Assembly (NCBI GenBank): GCA_038087875.1
Contig: CM075988.1
Coordinates: 14,386,001-14,450,000 of the forward strand
Length of the DNA stretch: 64,000 bases
Source of the DNA: Malacoraja senta
Lineage: Eukaryota
Direction of reading: 5' to 3'
The number at the start of each line of letters is the position of its first letter. Within the stretch, counting starts at the first letter, position 1. Positions 40,410 to 53,533 of the stretch are shown piece after piece. Both the position numbers and the translations under genes were made by a program. The notes under the pieces were generated by a model that saw nothing but the letters and a program-made list of their open reading frames with translations, did no database searches and was not told the DNA's origin.

Positions 40410-40770
40410 CAATGATTGGTACGCTTGACTTCATTGAAAACAGTATTGAGTACAAAAGGTGGGATATCATTGTGCAGATGCACAAGTCCTTGGTGAAAAC
40501 ACATTTGGAGCACAGTGTGCAGTTCTGGTCGTCCAGCTTCAAGAAGAATGTAATTAAATTGGACAGAGTTCAGAAGAAATTCACATTACCTGAACTTGCA
40601 AGCTTGAGTTACAGGGAGAGCTGGGTTGGCTGGGATGTTTTTCTTTGGAGCAATCCCTCTACCCAGAGATATGGACAAAATAGTGGAAAATGCAACTAGC
40701 CGAGTATGCCAACTTGGTTAGCATGGACAATGTGGGACGAAGGGCCTGTTTCCATGCTGAATGGTTCTAT
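40410..40770 (+). mobile_element. CR1 3' fragment
   Basis: IEYKRWD...LVKTHLEHSVQFWS...LDRVQKKF; tail gaagggcctgtttcc. Confidence 0.7.
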
Positions 40771-41789
40771 GGCTCCATTAATGGGACCATGGAGTGCATT
40801 TAGCTTCACTGACCAGGAATGAAATTCTAAGCAAACCATGCTTAATCAATATGTCTTGTCCACTTCTGGTGAGTGACTGCAAATGGTGATAAACAAAACA
40901 ATATAAAATGTGTTAGTACATACGTTGGCATATAGCTTTTGGCCCGTTAGTAAAACAAATATTCAAAGAATTTTAATGCCTGCCAACCTCACGAATACGA
41001 AATATATGTAGAATGAAGATAGCATTTGATATATTGCACCTGTATTTCAAAATAGCACATATCAGATTCCCTTACTACACACATTCTTTTGCTACACATT
41101 CACATTTATCAAACCCCAAGCAACCAGCAGTTCAGAATTCACAACAAACTCTGTTTGTCAATCGTCCAGCTGCAATAATGTAGTATGATTGTCAAGTAAA
41201 CACTTGTGATGCAGAGCCGCCATTGTGCTGTAAACAATGTGTCAAATTAGTGCTGCGTAAGCAACGTGATGATTATCAACTAATGCTGATGATGTAGGTA
41301 AATAGATATTTTAATCAAGAAGTTGTGATGGAATTCCTATTCTTCTTCATGGCAGATATGATTAAATCCATTTTATGGAAGATCCAGTTATTGCTCCAGG
41401 ATCTTCATTCATCAGGTACCATTAAACAATTCAGCTTTAATCAATGTCCAAGTGTTCAATATTAAACTGTTAAACTAATTTGGTGACAGCCATCAAACTG
41501 TTGCAGCTAAAATGAAATTATATTTCACACACTGAAGCATAGTCAGCAGAAATTGTCCTGGCGTGTGGAGAGCTGAAGGTAGGTGGCTTGCACTTAAAAA
41601 AAATTATTTCATTGTCAGGCTGGTTTACAGGGAAAGGAAAACACTAAGTGTTTTGCAGATATTGTGGAGGTGCTTGTGCCAGCATCGATATAATTGGGAT
41701 TTAGGTGAGGACGTCTGAAGTGATAGGAACAGTTTATCTATTGGAAATGGACTCAGTCAAAAAACAATCAAGTTCGTGTGATACACCTG

Positions 41790-42890
41790 CCATATACAAA
41801 GCCATACTGGCTAACCCCAATTAGCCCATTCTCTTCCAAATGGGAGCAAATCCTAGCTCGAAGAATTCTCTCCATTAGTTTCCCTACCATTGACATGAGG
41901 CTCACCACATTAGACTTCCTTGGATTCTCTCTTCCTTTCTAAACAAATAAACAACATTGGCCACTCTCCAATCCTCCGAGACTTTGCCTGAGAAGAAACA
42001 AAGATCCTGGTTAAGGCCCCTGCAATCTCCTCTCTTGCCTCTCTCAAATAACCTGGGATAGATCCCATCAGGTCCTGGGGACGTATCCACTTTAAAGGTC
42101 TTCAAGAGCCTCAGCACCACCTCCTCCTCGGTCTCAAACTGCCCTAGCATATTTGTATTCTCCACACAGATCTCACTGTCCTCCAAATCCTTCTCCTCAG
42201 TGAATACAGATGCAAAGTACTTGTTTAGTACCACACCTACATCCTCTGACTCCAGGCATGGATTCTCTTTATCTTTGAACGGTCATACCTTCTCCCTGGT
42301 CACCCTCTGATGTTTTAACGTATGTATAGAAAGCCTTAATCCGACTCGCCAATGACATTTCATGGCCCTTTTTACCCTTCTAATTGCTCGCTTGAGTTCT
42401 TTCCTACTCACTGTATATTCCTCATATGCCCCATCTGATGACACCTTCTCAAACCTGACATATGCTTCCATTTTCTTCCTGACCAAGTTTATAACCTCCT
42501 TAGGTAGACACAACATACTGGAGTAACTCAGCGGGACAGGCAGCATCTCTGGAGAGAAGGAATGGGTGATGTTCTCTTCTTCAGATGACTAATTTATAAC
42601 CTCCTTGCTTACCCATCCCTTACCTTGCCATCCTTATCCTGGGGTACTGATTTTGGATGCTCAACCATGATCATATTGAACGGCGCTGCTGGATCGAGGG
42701 GCCAAATGGCCTACTCCTGCACCTATTTTCTATGTTTCTATGCTACCCCTCCTCCTTACTGGAAACAATGCCTTCAAACAACTCCCACATGTTATCAGTG
42801 GATTTACCCAATAAAAACTGCTCCCAATCTACCCTCTTTAGCTCCTGCCTAATGACATTATAATCCGCATTGCCCCAATTAAGTACCTCC
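41790..42890 (-). mobile_element. CR1 ORF2 internal fragment
   Basis: LNKYFASVFTEE...SPGPDGIYPRL...EDWRVANV. Confidence 0.75.
42502..42585 (-). mobile_element. Single-arm pLTR mini-element inserted in a CR1
   Basis: tactggagtaactcagcgggacaggcagcatctctggagagaaggaatgggtga...cttcttcag; TSD tttataacctcctt at 42488-42501 and 42593-42606. Confidence 0.7.
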
Positions 42891-43741
42891 CCCCCCCCCC
42901 CCCAACATCCAGATCGGTCCCTAATCGAAACAATCTTAACATTTATGGCTGATTACAAATTACTTCATACAGTTGAGAAGTGAAAACAACTTAATTTTTC
43001 AAGATTAACAGGTGAAGTGGTTTCCCAAGAATGGAAACTAGGGAGTAAGAACTAGTGTATAGTGGAGAAACTGCTGATATCTCAGCCTCCCTCCCTTTTT
43101 TCTTATTGTCACAAGCTGGCTGAGTTGATTAGCTGCCCTTTGCTAAATTGAAACCAAACCAATAAGACACATATCAGGTAGGTTCAACAAAGGCTGGATG
43201 ATCTACTCCACTAGGTGATAAAAAACAAAAGCAAATATGACCCATAATGATGGTGTTATTGAAGATTGGAATAGCAATGTTCAGTTTAGTAACACAAAAT
43301 ACCTGACAACACATCCCTTTGAAATTGTACAGTGGATGATAAAAAATGGTTTTGGCAAGACTTGCGTAGGTGTAATTTTCAATATATGATGTTTAACAAT
43401 GAGTGGGTTTAAGTTTTGACAGGATATGAACCAGTCTGTTAAATTATTCCCTCATTTCTATAGAGCCACAAGACTTCTTGTAAAAGAATTAGCTTGGGAA
43501 GATGGGTGGCAACACTTAGATTTGTTGGCAGAAAGGATCTTAATTGACAAGAGTCAGGGTTGATCCATTGGAAAACACATTTATCAACCACACTCATTCC
43601 AAAAGCTATGGGAAAAGCAAGACTGATCTAAATTATAATTTCATATTTTTCAACACAGAGGAGGCCACAAGGCAGAACAATCCCTTCAAACCAATTCACC
43701 CATATATGTCCTTGTGATATATTCTCTGTTATATTTCTTGG

Positions 43742-44025
43742 GGTGGCACGGTGGCACAGCGGGAGAGTGGCTGCCTTTGTGACCCAGAGACCCGGGTTTG
43801 ATCCTGACTCCGGGTGCTGTCTGTACAGAATCTCCCCGTGACCAGGTGGGTTTTCTCTGGTTGCTCCAGTTTCCTCCCACACTCCAAACACGTACACCTT
43901 GGTAAATTATAGAAATTGTCCCTAGTCTGTAGGATAGTGTTACTGTACGGACTGATCGCTGGTCGGTGTGGCCTCAGTGGGGAAGAAGAGCCTGTTTCAA
44001 CACCATATCTCTAAACTAAACCAAA
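43742..44025 (+). mobile_element. HE1/V-SINE-type SINE
   Basis: ggtggcacggtggcacagcgg head, B-box ggtttgatcc, tail atctctaaactaaa. Confidence 0.8.
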
Positions 44026-46069
44026 TCATGAAAACTCCACCCAGCTAGTTTTCTTAGAACCTTCCAAAATAGGGCAAAAGGCTACAGAGTCCGCTGAAAG
44101 CATTTTTTCAGTGCCTCGTGGATATACAGGGCACCCTTACAATTTAAAAACAACCACTTGTGCATACTTAACAGTTTTGTCTTGGAAGAACAATGAATAG
44201 AAGAAACTTTTACAAATGGATTTAAAATACATTTGCACCATGATCAGACAATTCTTTGCTTTATCTGGTAATTTTGTTTTCCTTTGGTCAACACGTTTGA
44301 TCAGCAACAAACAAAAAAAATGTGGGGGCAAGTAAGTGCCATAGATTATATGGAAATAAACGGGAGAATGGGACCGAGAGCTGGCAGAGATGTGATATGC
44401 TGAATAACCTCTGATGTCGTAAGGAAATACAAACATGTAATATATAAATATGAATCTGGCTCATCCCAAATATGCATTTTGGGTTGATTCAACTGCAGGT
44501 ATGTTGCAGCGTGCTACAGATCCAAAACCATCTTAAAATAAAGATTGTAAGAAAACCAGTCATTATCCTGAAGTGTGAAATTCACAAGTACTTCCTAACT
44601 GGCAGCTTTGAATCCAAATTAATATAAATGTATTTGCGTGTCTTCAAGCAATATAAAATGATACACAGATTAATGTTGCATAACATTGCAAACTTGTCTT
44701 AAGATAAGCAACAAGAAATTGAGTAAGTTACAGTTAGTGTAACAAAATTAAGCCAAAATAAAGAACTTTCCAAAATACACACATCAACATTTTTAAAACT
44801 TATTCATGGGATGTGGAATCACTTGTCCATCCCTAAAACAGCCTGAATTGAGGAACATTGATGGATCTGGAATGACGTACAGGTGTCCCAAGTAACGATG
44901 GCAGAATTCCTCTCCTGAAGGATTTTAGTTAAGCAGATGAGCCTTTGTAATAGTCCAGTTATTTTATGGTTACCACTGCTGAGATTGGCTGTATTTTTAA
45001 TCACAGATTTTACTCTTTTACTTGAAGTTAAATTGCTCAGCTGCTGCAGTGGGATTTGACCCCATGTCATTGGATCAATGTCCAGAACTCTCTGCTCGGT
45101 CTGTAACTTCCCCATTAGGTTACTATTTCCCTGCTATTTTACTTCTTAATCAAGTTTTGTTGACGTTCTGCCTTTTAGAGAGGTCAAGCTTCAAAGAATC
45201 TTAAGCTTCACATTTTTCTTGATGCATTTTATTTGATGCAGCCAAATTAATGGATTATTTCTCTCTGAAATATTCACACTCTCACTGCACTGTACATTAC
45301 TATTTACTGTGATTATCATGTGCATACTTATATTTTCTTACGACATGGAAGTCATTCCATCCCTCAACTCTAAGTTGGATGGCAAACCAATCCCAAGGAT
45401 CCATCTATCCAATCCCAATCCCATCTATTTTTTCTTCTGTGCCCAACATATCCATACATTCTCTCGCCAGCCACCTACACCAGGAGTAGCTTCTAGCAAT
45501 CTATCAGGTGCCAGGGGTAAGACAACTACCTGATTAACCTACAACCTGCTCATCAGTGCTAAGTGACTGATATTTTTTGGTTTGTCTACATTTTAGGCAG
45601 TATCAACATGAGGAACCAGACATATTGATTTAGAAGCAGAAGTAACTAAATAGCTTCAGGTATTAGTCTTATGCATAAACACTGGGAGATAAAGGACTGT
45701 ATTGCCGCAATGTTTAAAGAGGTGCCCCATTCCCCTTGCCCACTTTACCAATCCCTGCAGCGAGACGGCACAGAAATCACTTGCAATCACTGGCAAGGGG
45801 GGCTGACAGTTATGTGTTCATCACTGTCATTTTGAATACTCTAATGGAACAGATTTATTACTTTATGGATAAAATTATAGTCAAGTCCAGGCTGAAGAGT
45901 GTAGGAATCATTAGATAAAGTACTCTTTTATTCCCTGTATTAAAGTATTAATTTTTGACTGAGCAGTAAGAATGACAACCCTGAGTTATGAAGGTTATAG
46001 ACTCGAACATTCTTCCTGGGGCTGGAATAGATAGTTCAGGCTGGCTGACTGAGAGAGCGCCATATTGTT

Positions 46070-46199
46070 CATAAGTGGTAGGAGAAGAATTAGGCCATTC
46101 GGCCCATCAAGTCTACTTTGCCATTCAATCATGGCTGATCTATATCTCCCCCTTACCCAATTCTCCTGCCTTCTCCCCATAACCCCTGACATCCTTACT
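46070..46199 (-). mobile_element. CR1 3' UTR fragment (left half of the DIRS target)
   Basis: aggagaagaattaggccattcggcccatcaagtctac...ccattcaatcatggctgatct...ccataacccctgaca; continues at 54510. Confidence 0.8.
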
Positions 46200-46415
46200 A
46201 ATAGTAAGATTAAATGAGAACTTACTAGTTTGAAGTTTGATCTTTATTTTATGAGGAGTTACGTTGAGGGATTACGTGAAGAGCCCGCCTGGGCGCATGC
46301 GCAACATATCTTCAAAGCAGTGGCGTGAAATCACAGATACGGTAGTCGAAATAACATAGTAAGATAAGAACAATAATACCAGCTGACCTTTATAATAGAG
46401 GGTGGGCGTGGAGGG

Positions 46416-46528
46416 CACGTAATCCCTCAACGTAACTCCTCATAAAATAAAGATCAAACTTCAAACTGGCAAGTTCTCGTTTAATCTTACTATTTTACTT
46501 CGGAGTCACGTGAGTGACTACGTGAAGA
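46416..46528. repeat. DIRS internal complementary region (ICR)
   Basis: 46416-46494 is the reverse complement of 46200-46278 (79 bp, 3 mismatches). 46492-46505 (attttacttcggag) is the reverse complement of 54496-54509. The two halves overlap on ATT (46492-46494). Confidence 0.9.
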
Positions 46529-46701
46529 TTTTAAAGCTCTGTGATTTCATGCCACGGAACGAGTCCATGCTTCACACCCTGCTGTCGTAGACTTGAGGAG
46601 GAAGTATGTTAACAAATCCAGACATGAATCAATTGTTAAAAGAAACAATAAGTGATTTATTAACATAAATTATAATAATGACCCCTATCCTTCGGGGCGT
46701 A

Positions 46702-47629
46702 TTATAAAACAGAACTCAAAATAGTATCTGCAAAAGTCACAGGCTTAGCAACTGGCTTATTATAAAATTCTTGGTAGGTCTTCTCCCTGGACCATCCTGC
46801 CGTACCCAAGATGTGATCCATTGGAACCTCCATGTGCCGTGCTGCCGATGTGGCTGCAGCCCTGGTGGAATGAGATTTGTAAATATCAGTATCCACCCCA
46901 TGCAGCCCCCAAAACCTGTCGAAGCCACCTAGATATTGTTTGGGTCGATACCCTGTTGTGAGGTCTTTTGTGGCTCACTAAAAGTGCCAATTCTTTGCCT
47001 CTTACTTTAGCTGTTAGTTCTATGTAAAGTAACAGATGTGTCATAACGCATAAGCGAACATCTGTAGGGTATGCCCGAAACTCTAGTTTAAGGCCTGATG
47101 ACCCTGGTCTGTTTTGTTTTACCAGTTCATGAATATAAAAAGTTATATCATTTGTCCCTTTGGCCATCGAGTCCAGTCGTAATTTGTGTAGCGATTTCAC
47201 CCGCTGGGCCGAGACCAGTGCCATCAGCATTACTAATTTAAGGGTAAGTTTCGCCAGGGACAGGGACGTTGCTGGTGACCAACCCCGAAGCAACGTCAAC
47301 ACAATACTCACATCCCAAATGTTAGAGTATCTGGCCCTAGGGGGATTCGAGTTAAATATACCCCTCATTAGTTTGGAAACCAAGGGGTGAGACCCCAGTG
47401 AATGGTGGTCGAATCCCCGCCACAAATAGGTGGATAGGGCACTCCTGGCGCTGTTGATGGCACTGTAGCTAAGCCTTTCATCAAAATGAAGGTAAGCCAG
47501 GAACTCCAGGACATTAGTTACAGTGGCTGAGTTATACTCAACATTAGTCCTGGAACAATAACGTTCCCATTTCCTGATGTAAGTCAGGTACTGTTTTCTG
47601 GTAGACTCTCTTTGTGCCGCCGCGATCAT
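46702..47629 (-). pseudogene. DIRS tyrosine recombinase (frameshifted near 46890-46910)
   Basis: ORFs 46886..47629 and 46702..46896 carry YR motifs ALVSAQR (catalytic R), SHKRPH, HSTRAAATS (HxxR) and AGWS...TYQEFY (catalytic Y), split across two frames. Confidence 0.9.
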
Positions 47630-47673
47630 GTTGATGGTTCAGTCCGTCAGTCCAAGATCCAGAAGTGGCCTAT

Positions 47674-49695
47674 TCAAATTCTGCAAATTAACAGATTAGT
47701 CCTGTCATGGCATGGATGACTTTCACCAGTTACAGGATGGACCATCAAGTCTGGTCTTTTAGTGACGGCCATACATGGTTCTGAAACCATGTTGAGAACC
47801 ACAGGGAACCATGGCTGGGTAGGCCAGTCGGGTACTACCAAAATACCTGACGCAGAGTCTTGTTGTATTTTGCGTAAGACCCGACTGATGAGGCAGAAGG
47901 GGGGAAATGCATAGAAAAACAAATTTCCCCAGTGCAGCGAAAATGCGTCCATCGCTGCTGCCCCAGGGTCTGGTTCCCACGCAACATATGTCGGCAACTG
48001 GTGGTTAAGCCTAGATGCAAATAGATCAATATCTGGTGTTCCATATCTTGCTATGATGTCTGCAAACACTTTGGGGTCCAACATCCATTCAGTGTTGTCA
48101 TTAAATTTCCGTGACCTGGTGTCTGCCACTGAATTAAGTTTACCTGCTAGGTAAATAGCAGATATCCAAATGTTTCTCTGGATACACCATTGCCAGATTG
48201 AATTGGCCAGATCATCACATGATATCGATCTGATTCCACCCATGTGATTAATATAAGCCACCACAGTGGTATTATCTATTTGCAGGCGAACATGCAAATG
48301 ATGCATTTTTGAACAGTACGCCTTCAAACCATAGAATGCTCCCAACATTTCCAAATAATTTATACCAATTGTATAAAGCAAAGATGATTCATGCGCATCC
48401 CATCTGCCCCCACAACTGGAGATGGTGTTGGTGGCTCCCCAACCTTGAGTGCTGGCATCAGTCTGTAATACAACTGATGGGTTGCTAATAATAATGGAGC
48501 TGTAGGAACGCCGAATGTTATGTGTCCACCATCGCAGTTCCAAAATAGCTTTTGTTGGTAATTGCATTGGTCTATCGAAATGACCAGCATGATGTTTAAG
48601 TGCTCACACCTTTGCTCTCTGTAAATTTTGATAGTGCAAAGGTCCAAAGTGTGTCGCTGGAAAAACAGCTACGATTTTGCCAATTACCCTTGCTACTAGT
48701 CTGATAGATGGTTGACTGATGACAGCAAGGTTGCTGCAAACTTCCATTAATTCAGTTGCCTTTCCCCTAGGTAAAGTCACAGTCATGTGAACTGAATTAA
48801 TGGCGAATCCCAAATAATCCATAGTCGTGGATGGTGTTAACTTTGATTTATCTGGATGTATGATAAACCCCAGTTTCTCAAATAGACCTATGGTAGCTGT
48901 AACAGCTAAATAGGCTAATTCGTAGGTTTTACCCCCGATTAGTATGTCATCTAAATACGCCATGACTATATGTTTTTGTTTCCGAAGAACCGCCATAGCT
49001 GGTTTCAGTAATTTAGTGAATAATCTGGGGGCTGAGGTCAACCCATTAGGTAGTGCTTTGTACTGCCAAAGCTGCCCCATCCAGTTAAACTTCAGATATC
49101 GGCGGTGATCCTTGTGTATAGGCACCGAATAGTATGCATCTTTTAAATCGATGCATGTCATGAAGTAGCCTTCGGAAATCAATTGTTTGGCCGTGACAAA
49201 GGTTTCCATTTTGAAGTGAGCATACTGCACAAATGTGTTCAATTGTCTTAAATCAATAATGATGCGACATCCACCATCTTTTTTCTTTTTTGTGAAAATG
49301 TTTGACACAAATTCATGAGACTCATGTTGAGATCTCTCAATTACACCCTTAGTATAAAGCCTCTTAATTTCAGCATGACAATCCAACTTCTCTTGTTGTG
49401 ATAGAATAAATGATCTGATGGGTGCATGCTGAACCGGAGGAAGGTGTTTGTTTTCTAATTCAATTTCATACCCTTGAACACTATGCAGTATATAAGAATC
49501 AGAGGTTATTGATCTCCATGCCTCACTAACCCAGTGTAATCTACCACCAACAAGTGTACCCATTGCATCCGCTAAGTCCTGCTGCGAGGAACCAGAACCA
49601 CCTACCTCCATGGTTACCAGTGGGGTGTTCATCTCTTTTTCTTCTGCTTCTTGGCCGATTGAGGTGCTGGTATTCGGGGTTGGCGCATCTTCCAC
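47674..49695 (-). pseudogene. DIRS pol: reverse transcriptase, RNase H and DNA N6-adenine methyltransferase-like domain; one in-frame stop at 48604-48606
   Basis: RT motifs IDLKDAY, LPNGLTSAP and YLDD. RNase H motifs TDAS..GWG, INYLE, IDNTT and NSVAD. MT motifs DLFASRLN and YAFPPF. ORFs 48604..49695 and 47674..48567 are in the same frame, separated by a single TGA. Confidence 0.92.
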
Positions 49696-50114
49696 GAAGG
49701 TCGCTCTGGGCCGCGGTCTAAAAAAGACCTTTGTCCTTGAGCTGCGGCCTTCGAGCTTTCACCAGCTTCGATGTGACGTGGCCTGCTGGTGGATGCATAG
49801 GGGTGCTGTCGCCGAGGTATTTTCCCCGATGCCTTGATGAGCCCGGCGGCTTTCGTCTCTTCATCCAGGTCTTTAACCTGTTTGGACAGGTTGCCCCCAA
49901 TTAACAAAATTGGCGGCGGTGTGGTGTTGGTCTTACACAGAGCCGCAAATTTGGGGTTCAAGGCTGGGCGGATGGAGTTCTTACGGAAACAGTTAATCTC
50001 GAACTGTGTATTACAGAGCATCGCCAGCGTATCTTGCTGCGCCTCTGTCATATCCGTGTCATCCACCGACCGGGCAAATGCTGTAATCCCAGTTGTTAAA
50101 AGTTTAAGGATTTT
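49629..50114 (-). pseudogene. DIRS gag-like ORF, C-terminal half (downstream of the L1 insertion)
   Basis: KILKLLTTGITAFARS...RKNSIRPALNPKFAALC...LIGGNLSKQVKDL; overlaps the pol start as in DIRS elements and joins 54034-54495 once the L1 and one TSD copy are removed. Confidence 0.8.
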
Positions 50115-51487
50115 AGAAGAGTATCTCTTAGGGATAAACCCTGTCTGATCTGGGTTTATTAATTTACTAATGTATTTACTTAATCTTCTAGCTAATGTTT
50201 TTGCTAATATTTTTTGATCTGTGTTTAACAATGCTATAGCTCTATATGAGCCAGGTTCTTCTAAATCTTTATTTTTCTTAGGTATTAATGTAATCGTTGA
50301 TTCCGCTAATGTATCAGGTAGTATTCGTTTTTTAAAAGCGTATTGGTACATTTTTTGTAATCTTGGTATTATTTTATCATAAAAGCTTTTATAAAATTCA
50401 TTAGTAAATCCATCAGGGCCTGGTGTTTTTCCATTTTTTAATGAGTTTATTGTATCTTCTAATTCCTTAATTGAGATTTGTGCACCCAGTTCCTCTTGTT
50501 CCTTCAGCTGTAACTTTGGAAGATTACAGGTATCCAAGAACTTTGTGATATTATTGGAATCAATTATCGTTTTAGATGTATACAAATTCTCGTAAAATTG
50601 CGCAAATCTTTTATTAATATCCTTCGGTGTTGTTAATAATTCCCCTTTATCTGATTTGATCTTTGGTATAGTATGTTCCTTTTCTCGTTTTTTTAGCTGG
50701 CGAGCCAAAAGTTTATGCGGTTTATCCCCAAATTCAAAGTGCTCTTGTTTTGTAATTTGAAAAAGTCTTATAAGTTTGGCAGATAATAATTTATTTAATT
50801 TAAATTTTAAAATTATTATTGCCAAACTTATAAGACTTTTTCAAATTACAAAACAAGAGCACTTTGAATTTGGGGATAAACCGCATAAACTTTTGGCTCG
50901 CCAGCTAAAAAAACGAGAAAAGGAACATACTATACCAAAGATCAAATCAGATAAAGGGGAATTATTAACAACACCGAAGGATATTAATAAAAGATTTGCG
51001 CAATTTTACGAGAATTTGTATACATCTAAAACGATAATTGATTCCAATAATATCACAAAGTTCTTGGATACCTGTAATCTTCCAAAGTTAGAGCTGAAGG
51101 AACAAGAGGAACTGGGTGCACAAATCTCAATTAAGGAATTAGAAGATACAATAAACTCATTAAAAAAATGGAAAAACACCAGGCCCTGATGGATTTACTA
51201 ATGAATTTTATAAAAGCTTTTATGATAAAATAATACCAAGATTACAAAAAATGTACCAATACGCTTTTAAAAAACGAATACTACCTGATACATTAGCGGA
51301 ATCAACGATTACATTAATACCTAAGAAAAATAAAGATTTAGAAGAACCTGGCTCATATAGAGCTATAGCATTGTTAAACACAGATCAAAAAATATTAGCG
51401 AAAACATTAGCTAGAAGATTAAGTAAATACATTAGTAAATTAATAAACCCAGATCAGACAGGGTTTATCCCTAAGAGATACTCTTCT
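50115..51487. repeat. Long palindrome: 678-bp arms (50115-50792 and 50810-51487) with a 17-nt AT-rich spacer
   Basis: The left arm is the reverse complement of the first 678 bp of the sense L1 segment. About four differences seen by eye: c/g (KLQ vs KLE), A6 vs A7, a/g, and a 1-bp indel near the centre. Confidence 0.93.
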
Positions 51488-53533
51488 AATAATATGAGAC
51501 GTCTACTCAACATAATGCACTCACACAAATCTGAAGATCAAGAATTATCAATTATTTCGCTGGATGCTGATAAAGCATTTGATGAAGTAGAATGGAATTA
51601 TATGGATAAAGTATTACAAAAATTTCAACTGGGAGAGAATTTTATTTTATGGATTAAGTTACTATATAACAAACCTACAGCTAGAATACTTACTAATAAC
51701 ATATTATCCTCGAAATTTCAACTATCAAGGGGAAATAGACAAGGATGCTCATTATCACCACAGCTGTTTGCTCTCATTATTGAACCGCTAGCAGAAAAAA
51801 TTAGAATACACCCTGATATTCATGGATATAATACTAAAGACTCATATAATAAAATATCTTTATACGCGGATGATATATTATTGTATATTACAAAACCTCA
51901 AATCACTATACCAAATATATTAAATTTAATTGAAGACTTCGGATCTTTTTCAGGATATAGAATAAATTGGAATAAAAGTGAAATTATGTCAATAAAACCG
52001 AAAGATTCAACACATCTTTTAAAATTCCCTTTTAAAATAGCTACAGAAAAATTTAAATATTTGGGAATCGAAATTACCAGAACATATCAAGGTATGTTCA
52101 GGGCAAATTTTGACCCCCTACTTAATAAACTGAATACATTAATTAAATTCTGGAAAACGCTCCCGATGTCTTTAATAGGCCGAATAAACGCAATAAAAAT
52201 TATCTTTTTACCACAAATTTTATACCTATTTCAATCAATTCCTATATACTTACCTAAGAAGTTTAAAAAAAAACTCGACTCAGATATCACTAATTTTATA
52301 TGGGACTATAAATCACATAGAATACAAAAAACCCATCTGAATAAACCTAAAGTATTGGGGGGTCTAGCACTACCTAATTTTATGTATTATTATTGGTCAG
52401 TAAATATTAAAAACATGATTCAATTGATGGATAACTCCGCCCAGCAAGTAGACTGGATTGTAATGGAGAAAGAGGATTGCTCCTCTAGAAACATTGGAGC
52501 GATCCTCCTCTCTCCAATGAAACTGAATAACATAAACTATAATAAGAACCCAATTATTCATAGTACAATCCGTATTTGGAAACAAATAAAACAAAATTTA
52601 AAATTAAGAAACTTATCACTTTTATTACCTATAGTCAATAACCCTTCGTTTAGTCCTTCTATTATAGATAAAGCTTATACACAATGGGATAGACTAGGAA
52701 TTAAAACGCTTGGTGACTTGTATGAAACTGGAAAATTACTTTCATTTCAACAATTACAAATAAAATATAAACTCGGAAATAATCAATATTTTAAATACTT
52801 TCAAATATGCGACTATTTGAAAAAATATACAAAAGATCATTATAATAATCCAGTAGATGTATTGGACGAGGCAATGCAGATAAAAGCGGAATCAGCAAAC
52901 TTAATATCATATTTGTATAATATTATTTTAAATGTACAAATACCACCTACGGAGGGTATCAGAAGAGACTGGGAACAAGAGTTAGCTATTAAAATTTCAA
53001 AGGAAAGTTGGAATGAATACTTATTAAACGTGCATAAATGCTCGATTAATGTAAGACACACTTTAATACAATTTAAAATTTTACATAGATTATATTATTC
53101 GAAAACTAAAATTCATAAAATTTTCCCAAACGTATCATCTATTTGTGATAAATGTCAATCCCAAGAAGCAACTATAGCGCACTCATTTGTCTTCTGTACA
53201 AAAATTCAAAAATTTTGGAATGAAATTTTTGAAATCTTTACAAAGTTATTTAAAACAAGACTGATACCCAAAGCAGAATGGATTATCTTCGGAATAACGG
53301 AAGATGATCCAGAACTAAATGTGTTTCAAAAGAAATTAATGGACTATGGGTTAATAACTGGAAAAAAGCTAATTCTAAAATTTTGGAAGAAAGCTCCAAT
53401 ACCAACTATAAATATGTGGATTTCAAATATGTTTGAAACATTACACCTAGAAGAGATAAGACTCCTCCTAGCAGGTAAACCAGATCACTTCCACCTGACG
53501 TGGTCTGCATTTATAGAATTATTACAAACATAG
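50810..53533 (+). pseudogene. L1 ORF2 (linker, RT, C-terminal Cys-rich domain; endonuclease absent), +1 frameshift in the A-run at about 51162-51168
   Basis: ORFs 50776..51189 and 51251..53533 (760 aa open): YRAIALLNTDQKILAK, DQTGF, SLDADKAFD, RQGCSLSP, YADD, KYLGI, CDKC...HSFVFC. Confidence 0.93.

Noticed and set aside
49629..50825. 398-aa ORF as a genuine novel protein gene
   Set aside because: It is the inverted L1 arm fused through the TSD to DIRS gag, a by-product of nesting.
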